DNA from: an uncultured Fibrobacterota bacterium
Lineage (GTDB): Bacteria > Fibrobacterota > Chitinivibrionia > Chitinivibrionales > FEN-1185
DNA length: 64,000 nucleotides
Reading direction: 5' to 3'
NCBI GenBank assembly: GCA_963753345.1
Contig: CAVWBU010000027.1
Span: 96,001-160,000 of the forward strand
Below are positions 40,995 to 51,044 of the stretch, piece after piece. Position numbers and translations under genes: made by a program. The notes under the pieces are model-generated. The model saw only the letters and a program-made list of their open reading frames with translations. It was not told where the DNA came from and searched no databases. Numbering within the stretch: position 1 is the first letter of the stretch; every line of letters begins with the position of its first letter.

Positions 40995-41180
40995 ATGATT
41001 GCCGTTGACCAGACACTGTGCGACGAGTGCGCAACCTGCGTTTCCGTGTGCCCGACCGATGCAATGATTCTTGACGGAAAGATAATTATTGACGAAGGAA
41101 AATGCATTTCGTGCGGGAATTGCGTTGATGTGTGCCCGTTCGGGGCGCTGTCGCAGGCCCCGGCGCGGGGAAAGGGCTAG
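40995..41180 (+). CDS. 2[4Fe-4S] ferredoxin
   Basis: CDECATCVSVCP and CISCGNCVDVCP; AAGGGA RBS. Confidence 0.93.
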   Translation: MIAVDQTLCDECATCVSVCPTDAMILDGKIIIDEGKCISCGNCVDVCPFGALSQAPARGKG

Positions 41181-41183
41181 GCA

Positions 41184-42344
41184 ATGGCGCAGCCAAGGCA
41201 CTTCGACATCACCGTCGTCGGCGGCGGGCCCGCGGGAATAGTCGCCGCAATTCATGCGGCGCGCGGCGGGAGAAAAGCGTGTCTTGTCGACCGCAAGAAA
41301 AACACCGGCAGTCCGGTCCGGTGCGGAGAAGCCATCGGCCTCAAGGGCTTTTCGTCGAGCGTAAGCCTCAAGCCGGAATGGATTAAGTGCAGAATTTCCC
41401 ACATGAAGCTCGTTTCGCCGTCCGGGATGGCCGTGACCGTGCCCAACAGCTATGAAGGGTACAGCATCGACAGGGAAAAAATGGAAAGCGATCTTACGCG
41501 CGAGGCTGTCACTCTCGGCGTTGAGTTCTTTCCGGACACGTCAATCGTTTCGGTGCAGCAGGACAACGGCGGGTACCTTTGCGAAAGCAAGGACGCGGCG
41601 TTCGCGTCCCAGTGCGTCATCCTTGCGGAGGGCGTCGAATCCAGGCTCGGCCGAAGCCTCGGATGGAAAACTGTTCTTGACAGAGGAGATATCCATTCAT
41701 GCGCGTTCGCCCGCGTTGCGCATGATCGCGTGGAGCCGGGCGCATGCGTCTTTTACCTGGGTTCCCGGCGCGCGCCGGGCGGGTACGTCTGGGTGTTCCA
41801 CCGGGGCGGGAACACCGCCAACGTAGGGCTCGGCGTCATCGGGGACCGCTGCCGGGCGGGAATGCCGAGGGCGCTATTGGAAGAATTCATCCGCGAGGAA
41901 TTCCCCGGCGCGCAGGTTTCGGACGTGCACTGCGGCGGAGTTCCCATGGCCCGGTGGATACGTCCGCTGGTGCGCGGCGGCGTAATGCTCGCCGGCGACG
42001 CCGCGCACATGATGAACTGCATGAGCGGCGCGGGCATCGCCTATGCCCTCTATTCGGGAAAAACCGCCGGCACGGTCGCGGCCGAATCCTTTGCAGAAGG
42101 GAAATGTCGGCGGAAACTGTTGATGCGCTATCAGGATCAGTGGGCTTCCTTTTACGGCAAACAGCAGAACCGGTCCTATGCCGTAAAAGAAGCCATGATC
42201 GGATTCCCGGACGCCTTTCTCGACGACATTGCCCGCGCCGTGACGCGCAAGGGCGCCAAGCCCATGAGCATTCTTTCGATTTTCATACGCGCCTTTTATA
42301 AAAGGCCCTTATTATTGATGAAAGTCATCCGCCTTCTCAAATAA
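41184..42344 (+). CDS. Geranylgeranyl reductase-family FAD oxidoreductase
   Basis: VVGGGPAG, RCGEAI, APGGYVWVF, ANVGLG, LAGDAA, SGAGI. Confidence 0.88.
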   Translation: MAQPRHFDITVVGGGPAGIVAAIHAARGGRKACLVDRKKNTGSPVRCGEAIGLKGFSSSVSLKPEWIKCRISHMKLVSPSGMAVTVPNSYEGYSIDREKMESDLTREAVTLGVEFFPDTSIVSVQQDNGGYLCESKDAAFASQCVILAEGVESRLGRSLGWKTVLDRGDIHSCAFARVAHDRVEPGACVFYLGSRRAPGGYVWVFHRGGNTANVGLGVIGDRCRAGMPRALLEEFIREEFPGAQVSDVHCGGVPMARWIRPLVRGGVMLAGDAAHMMNCMSGAGIAYALYSGKTAGTVAAESFAEGKCRRKLLMRYQDQWASFYGKQQNRSYAVKEAMIGFPDAFLDDIARAVTRKGAKPMSILSIFIRAFYKRPLLLMKVIRLLK

Positions 42345-42445
42345 CCCCCTTTTTTATATAAATACCTCCCTAGGCTATAATCTATTTTTAACAAATTATT
42401 CACCTTGGAAAAATATTTCCGATTACTGAAAGTAAAGGAGCGGGG

Positions 42446-44530
42446 ATGGGGCGTGACATTCTCGAACGGGTCGCCGACAATATCAGAATCCTTTCCGCCG
42501 CAATGGTCGAAAAGGCAAAGTCCGGCCATCCGGGCGGCTCCATGGGCGGCGCGGATTTCATCGCTGTCCTGTACTCGGAGTTCTTGTGCTTTGACCCGCA
42601 AGACATGCAATGGCCCAACCGTGACCGGTTTTTTCTCGACCCGGGACACGTGTCGCCCCTGCTCTATTCCATGCTCCATCTGCTGGGGCTTTACACCTTC
42701 GACGACATCCGCAATTTCCGCCAATGGGGGAGCGTCACTCCCGGGCATCCTGAACTCAACGTTGCGCGCGGGATAGAGAACACGTCCGGCCCCCTCGGCC
42801 AGGGACATGCAATGGCGCTCGGGGCGGCCATTGCCGAGCGGTTTCTTGCCGCGCGGTTCGGAGAATGGCTTTCGCACAAGACCTACGCGTACATCTCCGA
42901 CGGCGGCATTCAGGAGGAGATCGCCCAGGGCGTGGGCAGACTCGCCGGGCATCTCGGGCTTTCCAACCTCATCATGTTCTACGATTCGAATTGCGTGCAA
43001 TTGTCAACAACGACTTCCCTGGTCACGAGCGAGGACACGGCGAAGAAATACGAGGCGTGGGGATGGCGCGTGGAGTCGATTCAGGGTAACGATATCGCAC
43101 AGATCCGCAAGGCTCTTGCCCGGGCGACTGCGGAACAATCGAAGCCGACGCTCATCATCGGTCACACGCGCATGGGAAAGGGCGCTCTTGACGAAAAGGG
43201 AGGGAGCTTTGAAGGGCGGGTGGCAATGCACGGCATGCCGCTTTCCAAGGCGGGCGCGTCGTTTGCAAAGACCGTGGAGAACCTCGGCGGTGACCCGAAA
43301 GATCCCTTTGCCGTTTTTCCTGATGTCAAGAAATACCTCGACAGCGTTCGGGTAAGCAAAACGACGCAGTCGCGCGCAAGGCGCGACGGCCAGGCCCAAT
43401 GGGAAAAGAGCAATCCCGGCGAAGCGGCGAAACTCCGGGGTTTCCTGTCTGGCGAACTTCCCCCCATAGACTACGCCGCCATCGCGCACGCGCCGAACGT
43501 CGCGACGCGCGTCGCCTCCGGCACCGTGCTTTCGGCGTTCGCCACGAAGGTCGAGAACATGATTGTTTCTTCGGCCGACCTGTGCAACAGCGACAACACC
43601 GAGGGATTTCTCAAAGGCGGCTCGCGCATCTTTTCAAAAGGCGACTTCGGCGGCGGCTTTCTGCAGGCGGGCGTGTCCGAACTCACCATGGCCGGAATCA
43701 TGAACGGCATCGCCCTGCACGGAGGCGTCATTCCCGTGTGCGGCACGTTTTTTGTTTTTTCCGATTTCATGAAGCCCGCCATCCGTCTTGCAGCCCTCAT
43801 GAAGCTGCCCGTCAAGTACGTGTGGTCGCACGACTCGTTCCGCGTGGGCGAGGACGGACCCACGCACCAGCCCATCGAACACGAAACCCAGATCCGCCTC
43901 CTGGAGAACATGAGCAATGCGGACGGGAAACGGAGCATGCTCGTGCTCAGGCCCGCCGACGCGGCGGAAACAACCGTTGCCTGGCAGATGGCCATGGAGA
44001 ACAAGCACCGCCCCACCGCCCTTCTGCTCTCGCGCCAGGCCATGACCGATCTTGCCGCACACGCGGCCGCAAGCCGGTACCTTGACGCGTGCAAGGCCGC
44101 GCGCGGCGCCTACACGGTGTTCGAAAGCGGCGCACGGCCCGACCTCGTGTGCATCGCAAACGGGTCCGAGGTCGCCACGCTCGTCACGGCGGCGAAAAAG
44201 CTGTCCGAGGAAAAGGGAATGGCGGTGCGGGTGGTTTCGGTGATTTCCGAAGGGTTGTTTTTCGACCAGACCGTCGAATACCGCGAAAGCGTGATCCCGT
44301 TCGGCGTGCCCGTGTTCGGGCTCACCGCGGGACTGCCGCAGGCCCTGAGGGACGCGGCCGGCGTGTTCGGATCGGTTTACGGATGCGAGCGGTTCGGCGC
44401 GTCGGCGCCGTTTGCGGTGCTCGAGGAGAAGTTCGGGTTTACCCCCGATTCGGTGCTCAGGAAGATCGAACTGTTCCTGGGCGACCACGCGCGGTTCTGC
44501 GAAAGGCTCGCCGCCGCGCTCAAGCGGTGA
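42446..44530 (+). CDS. tkt: Transketolase
   Basis: SGHPGGSMG, TPGHPE, GPLGQG, SADL, GEDGPTHQPIEH, RPAD. Confidence 0.96.
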   Translation: MGRDILERVADNIRILSAAMVEKAKSGHPGGSMGGADFIAVLYSEFLCFDPQDMQWPNRDRFFLDPGHVSPLLYSMLHLLGLYTFDDIRNFRQWGSVTPGHPELNVARGIENTSGPLGQGHAMALGAAIAERFLAARFGEWLSHKTYAYISDGGIQEEIAQGVGRLAGHLGLSNLIMFYDSNCVQLSTTTSLVTSEDTAKKYEAWGWRVESIQGNDIAQIRKALARATAEQSKPTLIIGHTRMGKGALDEKGGSFEGRVAMHGMPLSKAGASFAKTVENLGGDPKDPFAVFPDVKKYLDSVRVSKTTQSRARRDGQAQWEKSNPGEAAKLRGFLSGELPPIDYAAIAHAPNVATRVASGTVLSAFATKVENMIVSSADLCNSDNTEGFLKGGSRIFSKGDFGGGFLQAGVSELTMAGIMNGIALHGGVIPVCGTFFVFSDFMKPAIRLAALMKLPVKYVWSHDSFRVGEDGPTHQPIEHETQIRLLENMSNADGKRSMLVLRPADAAETTVAWQMAMENKHRPTALLLSRQAMTDLAAHAAASRYLDACKAARGAYTVFESGARPDLVCIANGSEVATLVTAAKKLSEEKGMAVRVVSVISEGLFFDQTVEYRESVIPFGVPVFGLTAGLPQALRDAAGVFGSVYGCERFGASAPFAVLEEKFGFTPDSVLRKIELFLGDHARFCERLAAALKR

Positions 44531-44592
44531 GGGCTCGCCGGCATGGAAAAGATGTGCGGGCTTGACGTCTGCAAAACGGCGGAGGTGCTCGT

Positions 44593-45120
44593 ATGAAAAT
44601 CGGCGTCGTAAGCGACACGCACCGGAACGTTGAATATCTCGTTGAAGCGGCGGACTGGCTGTGTTCGCGCCAGAAGATCGCCATGCTGTACCACCTCGGC
44701 GACGACTACGATGATGTAAAGGCGCTCGCGGACAAATACATCGACATCGTCCAGGTGCCGGGCATATACGACGAGCGCTACACCGACGGCTCCCTTCCCA
44801 AGAAGATCGTGGAAAACGTGCTGGGCGTCCGGATCATGCTGGTTCATTCCATGGAAAAGGACGTTACCCCGAAAGACAAGATGACCGTCGACATAATTCT
44901 CCACGGCCACACGCACCATAGCGGGCTCACGGTCGAAGACGGCCTCTTGTGCATGAACCCCGGCCATCTCAAGGGCCCCAAGGACAAGAATTTTCCTCCC
45001 ACGTTCGGGCTGCTTGACATACAAGACAAGAACATCCATGCCACAATATTCGGCCTGGATTTCAAGCAGGTGTCGTCCATGGAAGTGTTCCGCTCCGAAA
45101 ATAGGCTGTACAAGGCGTAA
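44593..45120 (+). CDS. YfcE-like metallophosphoesterase
   Basis: SDTH, HLGD, HGHTH, NPG. Confidence 0.85.
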   Translation: MKIGVVSDTHRNVEYLVEAADWLCSRQKIAMLYHLGDDYDDVKALADKYIDIVQVPGIYDERYTDGSLPKKIVENVLGVRIMLVHSMEKDVTPKDKMTVDIILHGHTHHSGLTVEDGLLCMNPGHLKGPKDKNFPPTFGLLDIQDKNIHATIFGLDFKQVSSMEVFRSENRLYKA

Positions 45121-45175
45121 CAACGGCGGGGCGTGCACTGCCGCGGCGTTTTCCGTGAAAGGCGCATTTGTCCAG

Positions 45176-47170
45176 ATGGAGATGCCGTTTCTCAGCACCA
45201 CGGTCATCGTCTTCGGCCTTGCCATTCTCGTGCTCCTCGCCTGCTACCGCCTGAGAATCCCCACCATCGTCGGATTCCTGCTCACCGGTCTCCTCGCGGG
45301 CCCCGGCGGTTTCGCGCTCGTTTCAAACGAAAAAGTGGTCGAGTCCCTCGCGCAGATCGGCGTCGTGATCCTCCTCTTCAGCATCGGGCTTGAATTCTCC
45401 CTGCAGAACCTTCTTCAATTGAGAAAAACGGTCTTTGCCGGCGGGTCGGTCCAGGTCCTCGCCACCATCGCCGCTGTTGCCGCGGTTTCCCTGTTGACAG
45501 GCCGCACGCTGCCGCAGTCGCTGTTCATGGGGTTTCTCCTGTCTCTTTCCAGCACGGCAATTGTCCTCAAGTGGTTCCAGGAGAAGGCCGAAGTGGAAAG
45601 CCCTCACGGGAAGACGAGCCTCGGCATTTTGATTTTCCAGGACCTGGCTGTTGTCCCCATGATGCTTCTCGTCCCCGTTATTTCGGGGGCATCGTCCAAT
45701 GTCGGCTCGTCAATCGTCACGCTGCTCTTGAAAGTCGCGGGGACCCTGGTCTGCATGTTCGTCCTCACGAGGTGGGTGGTCCCCAAGGTTCTGTTCTGGG
45801 TCGCAAAAACGAGAAGCAGGGAGCTTTTTCTTCTCGCAATCATCGTGATCTGTTTCTCCGTTGCATGGCTTACGTCAAGCATGGGGCTGTCGCTCGCGCT
45901 CGGCGCGTTTCTGGCGGGGCTCATTCTGTCGGAATCGGAGTATGCCTATCAGGCCCTCGGATCCATCCTGCCGCTTCGAGATGTTTTTACGAGCGTTTTT
46001 TTCATCTCCATTGGCATGCTGTTCGACGTCGCGTTCTTCCTGCGCCATCCGGTGCTCATTCCCGCGCTTGCCGTCGCGGTTTTTGCGGGCAAGTTTATCA
46101 TTGCATTTTTTGTTCCGGCAATCCTGGGTTTACCCCTCCGCACCATGGCGCTCACCGGACTTGCCCTCGGCCAGGTGGGAGAGTTCGCGTTCATTCTTTC
46201 GCGCACCGGCCTGGATTACCGGCTCCTTGACAGAAACTACTACCAGGTCTTTCTCGGCGTTTCGATCTTGACAATGGCGGCAACGCCGTTTGTGATGGCG
46301 GCCGGTCCGAAAATCGCCGATCTGCTGCTTTTGCTTCCTTTTCCCGGCCGCCTCCGGTCGGGATTGCGCACGTCGGAAAGCAATGGAAGCGCCTCGGTCT
46401 CCCCGCAGCTTTCGGACCACCTCATTATCGTCGGGTTCGGGGTAAACGGCCGCAACGTCGCCCGTGCCGCTCGCGCCGCGGGCGTCCCGTACGTTATCAC
46501 TGAAATGAATCCCGAGACCGTGCGCAAGGAAAAGGCGGCGGGAGAGCCCATTCACTTCGGCGACGCAACCCAGGACGCAATCTTGTTGCATGTCAAGATC
46601 CAGAACGCCCGGGTCGTTGTCGTCGGAATACCCGATCCCGTGGCCACGCGACGCGTGGTGGAAATCGCCAGAAAGCTCAATCCGTCGGTCCACATCATTG
46701 CGCGCACACGGTTTTTTCACGAGACAACGCACCTGTATTCACTCGGCGCAAGCGAGGTGATCCCCGAGGAATTTGAGACGTCGGTGGAAATCTTCGCACG
46801 CGTGCTTGTCAAATACCAGGTCCCGCGAAATCTGATCAACCAGTTCATCGCCGAAATCCGGTCCGACAGCTACCAGGTGCTGCGGAGCAACTCTGGAGAA
46901 AAGGCCACGGTTGCTGACCTCAAGTTCGCGGTCCCGGACGTGGAAGTGAACATGGCGTGGGTGGGCGAGGGCGCGTTTCTCGCAGGCAAGACCATTGCGG
47001 AGCTCAACCTGCGCCGCACCTACGGCATAACCCTGCTCGCGGTGCGCAGAGGAGCGGAGATCATCTCGAATCCGGACAGCGGGCTGGGGCTGGCAGAGGG
47101 TGATATTCTGGTTTTTCTGGGGAAGCCTGGGGATAATGGGAAGTTTGCGGAGGCGATGAAGGGGAAGTGA
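45176..47170 (+). CDS. Kef-type (CPA2) cation/proton antiporter with TrkA-N and TrkA-C domains
   Basis: LFSIGLE, LSSTAIV, FQDL, GAFLAG, GEFAF, GFGVNG, GDAT, C-terminal TrkA-C. Confidence 0.92.
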   Translation: MEMPFLSTTVIVFGLAILVLLACYRLRIPTIVGFLLTGLLAGPGGFALVSNEKVVESLAQIGVVILLFSIGLEFSLQNLLQLRKTVFAGGSVQVLATIAAVAAVSLLTGRTLPQSLFMGFLLSLSSTAIVLKWFQEKAEVESPHGKTSLGILIFQDLAVVPMMLLVPVISGASSNVGSSIVTLLLKVAGTLVCMFVLTRWVVPKVLFWVAKTRSRELFLLAIIVICFSVAWLTSSMGLSLALGAFLAGLILSESEYAYQALGSILPLRDVFTSVFFISIGMLFDVAFFLRHPVLIPALAVAVFAGKFIIAFFVPAILGLPLRTMALTGLALGQVGEFAFILSRTGLDYRLLDRNYYQVFLGVSILTMAATPFVMAAGPKIADLLLLLPFPGRLRSGLRTSESNGSASVSPQLSDHLIIVGFGVNGRNVARAARAAGVPYVITEMNPETVRKEKAAGEPIHFGDATQDAILLHVKIQNARVVVVGIPDPVATRRVVEIARKLNPSVHIIARTRFFHETTHLYSLGASEVIPEEFETSVEIFARVLVKYQVPRNLINQFIAEIRSDSYQVLRSNSGEKATVADLKFAVPDVEVNMAWVGEGAFLAGKTIAELNLRRTYGITLLAVRRGAEIISNPDSGLGLAEGDILVFLGKPGDNGKFAEAMKGK

Positions 47171-47256
47171 AGCCGATGTGACAAGTGAGGATAGAGTACC
47201 AGCTTCACAAAGGATCAATGATATGGCAGAGGAGGTATCACCATTGTTCCCGCCGG

Positions 47257-48204
47257 TCAGTTCTTCACAAACGTCTCTTCCACCTGTTCCCAATATTCCT
47301 TCATTGTTTTCGTCCTTTGTGTTTTCCTCAATCTTTCTTCCGGTCCTGCAAACGAAAACGAGAAAAAACACCAAAATTGTTTAAGTCTTCCAAGCAGCAT
47401 CTGCCCCGAAAATCCGATTGCCTGGTATCCTCGTACGACATCTTCGTGAAATCGGTAGAGCCTCTCGCTATATGTCTTTTTGGAACAATTGGTTAATCCT
47501 TTTATCCGTTCGGCAAGTGACGGGTCCATTAACAACCCCCGGCCTATCATAAAAGAATCAATTTTGTCAAACCGTTCGGCGATTTTTTGGAACGAGGCAA
47601 CATCCGTAATGTCTCCGTTGTAAATAACGGGATGCCTCGAAAGCGCGAGACATTCGGCGAACGAATCCAGGTCAACCGATCCGCCATACATCTGCCTGGC
47701 TGTCCGTGCGTGGATAATCACCCCGGCAAGCGGGAAGGCATTGAGGACATCAAGCACGGCCGGAGCTTCGGATGGTTCGTTCATGCCGAGCCGCATCTTT
47801 GTCTCGATCCGACACTTGACATTAGGGACAACCGATTCGAGGAAACGGGCGATCATTTCCGGATGGGGAAGCAGGCCTGCGCCGCGCTTCTTGTTGACCA
47901 CCATGGGGTAGGGACAGCCAAGGTTCCAGTTTACCGTTTCGTATCCGAGGGAAAACAGTTGATTCGCAAGAACGATGAATTCATCCGCATCTTTGCCTAT
48001 GATCTGGGGAATAAGACAGCTCGCCTTGTTGTATTTGGGAAGAACGTCGCGGAGGTGTGAGTCTCGAACGGTTTTCCCTTTGACTGTTGTGATGAACGGC
48101 GAATAGCATGCGTCAATTCCGGCAAAATGCTTGAACAGGATGTTGCGGAAAACGAAATCGGTATGCCCGTGCATTGGCGCGAGAAGAAGTTTCACGGGAA
48201 TCAA
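47257..48204 (-). CDS. tRNA-dihydrouridine synthase family protein
   Basis: LAPM.G, NLGCP, GAGLL, HART, YNGDI, MIGRG; TTG start overlaps the upstream stop. Confidence 0.9.
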   Translation of the reverse strand: MIPVKLLLAPMHGHTDFVFRNILFKHFAGIDACYSPFITTVKGKTVRDSHLRDVLPKYNKASCLIPQIIGKDADEFIVLANQLFSLGYETVNWNLGCPYPMVVNKKRGAGLLPHPEMIARFLESVVPNVKCRIETKMRLGMNEPSEAPAVLDVLNAFPLAGVIIHARTARQMYGGSVDLDSFAECLALSRHPVIYNGDITDVASFQKIAERFDKIDSFMIGRGLLMDPSLAERIKGLTNCSKKTYSERLYRFHEDVVRGYQAIGFSGQMLLGRLKQFWCFFSFSFAGPEERLRKTQRTKTMKEYWEQVEETFVKN

Positions 48205-49817
48205 AGGCCTTTGCGATCGTGGCCGAAGTAAAGCGGGCTTGTGGCGGCAAAGGTAAGAGAGCCGTCCTCCCTTTTGCAGACCGCCTCGGTGCGAAGGTAA
48301 CCGTTGCGCGTTATCGTGGAGAGTTTTATTTCCTCAACCGCCCTCTTTTCACCCTTGAATGTTTTTGAGAATATTATACGCTCGGCTCTTTCGCCAGGCT
48401 CGCCTGCAAAAACCTGAATGAAGTTGAGCCCTCCGAATTCGCAGGAGCTTATAGCCTCGATAGTTGCAGATTGACAGTCCAGAGGAACGGCCATTGGCTT
48501 TTCGCTGAGTTGAGTAGGAGCCAGCCGGAGAAACGGCCCGCTCGTCACAAACGTTTCGCCGTTTATTATGGCGGCAATGATGTCCTCTTGTGACCGTGCC
48601 TTGCGGTAAATGCCCGTCCTGGCGCCCGACAAGTGGCGGGTGAAGCTCTCCGCTATGTCAAGAAAGGGGACGCTCACATACCGGTACCTGTTGAAATCGC
48701 CGTGGGAATCGTTGCCGGCCACGAGCGGCATTCGTCTTCCTTTGAGCAATTCGGCGATCCAGAGGTTCCTTGCGCGGAGCCATGAATTGCCGAATCCGTT
48801 ATTGACGGCCTGCACTGCGTCAAGCTCGACGCTCATGTCTTTCCGGGACCAATTGCCGCGATGCAGAAAAAGCCGCTGGCTGAATCCGAACCTTGAACCG
48901 GGGTGCGCCGCAACCGCTATGCCGCCTTGCCTGTGGATGTGCCGGATTGCGTCAGTCAAGCTCAGAGTCGGCAGTTTTCCCGACCGTGCTCCATCGGCAG
49001 AGCCTGATATAAAACGAGAAATTCCTATGCCGCAGAGATGGACCGCCTTGCGCCGGGAATTGAGGACGGATATTTCTTCGCCCTGCAGCACAACAGTCTT
49101 GAAGCCGTCGGAACGCGTGATTTCCTCGGAGGATGATTTCCATCGGGTGAGGCCGCTGTCCGCTTTCAGGAAATCGGTCATGCTGCAACAGAGATCGTAG
49201 GAATGATCGGTGATCGACAGGAAGTCAAGCCCGCACGTATCGGCAATCGTGTCGATGACGCGGATCGGCGGGCCGAACTCGACATGGCTCTGGGAATACT
49301 GGGAATGCACGTGAAGGTCGCCGAACGAACAGCGATCCGCGCCCGGCAGCGGCTCGTTTGCGGCGAAACATGAAAACGGCAGCTTTGACGTTGTGGCGAA
49401 GTTGTCGTTGACGACTGTCCAGCTCCGCTTCCTGCTTGTCATTACCGCCTTGCAATTGACAAGGATTCTTCCCGACGGAATTTCATCCCGTTTGATGACA
49501 AAGCGGAAGACGCGTGATTGTCCTCCAAACGGGTGCGGGATAAGGCAGGACCCCGGATCGCCAAACGTAAAGAGGATCGGCTGCATTCCTTTCTGCGAGA
49601 CGGTTATGGACGTTTCCTTCACTTCTGCGGGGAATTGATCCACGTCGTTCACCATGAGGACAACGGGGAGGTCCTTTCCGGGACCGCAGCGGTAGGGGAG
49701 GTCGAAAACAATCTCGGGTTCTTTTTTGAAAAGAATGCTGGGAAAAAATGGAAAAAAACGGAAATGGGTTTCCGGGTAGAGAAAAACAGGTGTGGGAGGG
49801 ACTGATGGAAGAAACAT
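48201..49817 (-). CDS. PHP-domain metallohydrolase (CehA/McbA-like)
   Basis: GDLHVHS, TDH, GEE, AHP, GNDSH, TSGP, ATSP. Confidence 0.82.
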   Translation of the reverse strand: MFLPSVPPTPVFLYPETHFRFFPFFPSILFKKEPEIVFDLPYRCGPGKDLPVVLMVNDVDQFPAEVKETSITVSQKGMQPILFTFGDPGSCLIPHPFGGQSRVFRFVIKRDEIPSGRILVNCKAVMTSRKRSWTVVNDNFATTSKLPFSCFAANEPLPGADRCSFGDLHVHSQYSQSHVEFGPPIRVIDTIADTCGLDFLSITDHSYDLCCSMTDFLKADSGLTRWKSSSEEITRSDGFKTVVLQGEEISVLNSRRKAVHLCGIGISRFISGSADGARSGKLPTLSLTDAIRHIHRQGGIAVAAHPGSRFGFSQRLFLHRGNWSRKDMSVELDAVQAVNNGFGNSWLRARNLWIAELLKGRRMPLVAGNDSHGDFNRYRYVSVPFLDIAESFTRHLSGARTGIYRKARSQEDIIAAIINGETFVTSGPFLRLAPTQLSEKPMAVPLDCQSATIEAISSCEFGGLNFIQVFAGEPGERAERIIFSKTFKGEKRAVEEIKLSTITRNGYLRTEAVCKREDGSLTFAATSPLYFGHDRKGL

Positions 49818-49977
49818 GCTGTATTTTATTGGATGATGATAGGTGGGTTACCGTCGTCTGTCTTGTCATTCCCGCTTGCGCGAAAGTGATACCCGGCATC
49901 GAAACAAATTATGTGCTCATGCTTATGATATGAATTGCTTTGTAAATATAGGTTGTTCCTCCCAGCCGGACTAAAAA

Positions 49978-51015
49978 ATGAAGACCCATGAATTCGATTA
50001 CTCACTTCCTCCGGACCTCATCGCGCAGCATCCGCACCATGAACGCGACCAATGCAGGCTGCTCTTCCTTTCTCGGAAGACAGGGGAGGTGCGCGATCAT
50101 GAATTCAAAGCTCTTGTCGGTCTTCTTTCACCGGGAGACCGGCTCGTTTTCAACGACACCAAGGTGATCCCGGCGCGGCTTTTCTGCCGCAAGGAATCAG
50201 GCGGAAAGGTGGAACTGCTGCTTACGGAACCGGAATCCGGCGGCGCCTGGAGAGCGCTGGTGAGACCGGGACGCGGTCTGCGGACAGGCACAAGACTCCG
50301 CGTCGAAGCGGCGCCGGATATTGCCATTGACATCGTTGGCGTGCAGGAGGATGGAACGCGCACAATAATGCTTGACAAAGGCACCAATCTTGTGTTTTCC
50401 GATGTGCTGAAAAACTATGGGGTGATGGCCCTTCCTCATTACATCAAACGGCCCGCCGGTGCGGACGATCGGGTGACCTACCAGACTATTTTTGCCAGGA
50501 ACGAGGGAGCCATCGCGTCTCCGACGGCGGGTCTTCATTTTTCCACCGGAATCGTGGAAGCGCTTTCGGCACGGGGCGTGGAAACGTCTCATATAACCCT
50601 GCACGTCGGCGTGGGAACGTTCAAGCCCGTCACTGAGGAGGATCCCCGTGACCACGTCATGCATGACGAACGGTACGAGTTGACCGGAGAGACTGCGGAC
50701 GAGATTTTGCGCACTAGGAAACAAGGGGGCAGGACAATCGCGGTGGGAACAACCGTTGTGCGCGTTCTGGAACATTGCGCAGAAGAGGACGGCAGCTTGC
50801 GGCCTTCGCACGGCAGAACAAACCTGATGATCCTGCCGGGGTACAAATTCAAAACAGTTGACGGAATGATAACAAACTTCCACGTGCCGAAATCAACGCT
50901 GCTCATGCTGGTAAGCGCGTTCGCCGGCCGCGATCGTGTGCTTGACGCGTACAACCACGCCGTGAAGCAGAAGTACAGGTTTTTCAGTTACGGCGATGCG
51001 ATGCTGATTCTATAA
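49978..51015 (+). CDS. queA: S-adenosylmethionine:tRNA ribosyltransferase-isomerase
   Basis: FDYSLP, NDTKVIPAR, PTAGLHF, LHVG.GTF, TNFH.P.ST, FFSYGD. Confidence 0.97.
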   Translation: MKTHEFDYSLPPDLIAQHPHHERDQCRLLFLSRKTGEVRDHEFKALVGLLSPGDRLVFNDTKVIPARLFCRKESGGKVELLLTEPESGGAWRALVRPGRGLRTGTRLRVEAAPDIAIDIVGVQEDGTRTIMLDKGTNLVFSDVLKNYGVMALPHYIKRPAGADDRVTYQTIFARNEGAIASPTAGLHFSTGIVEALSARGVETSHITLHVGVGTFKPVTEEDPRDHVMHDERYELTGETADEILRTRKQGGRTIAVGTTVVRVLEHCAEEDGSLRPSHGRTNLMILPGYKFKTVDGMITNFHVPKSTLLMLVSAFAGRDRVLDAYNHAVKQKYRFFSYGDAMLIL

Positions 51016-51044
51016 CCTCTATTTTAATTTAGATACGAAATTGG

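Noticed and set aside
49872-49892. GTCATTCCCGC REP-like half site upstream of queA
   Set aside because: The palindromic partner is degenerate and it is a single short match.
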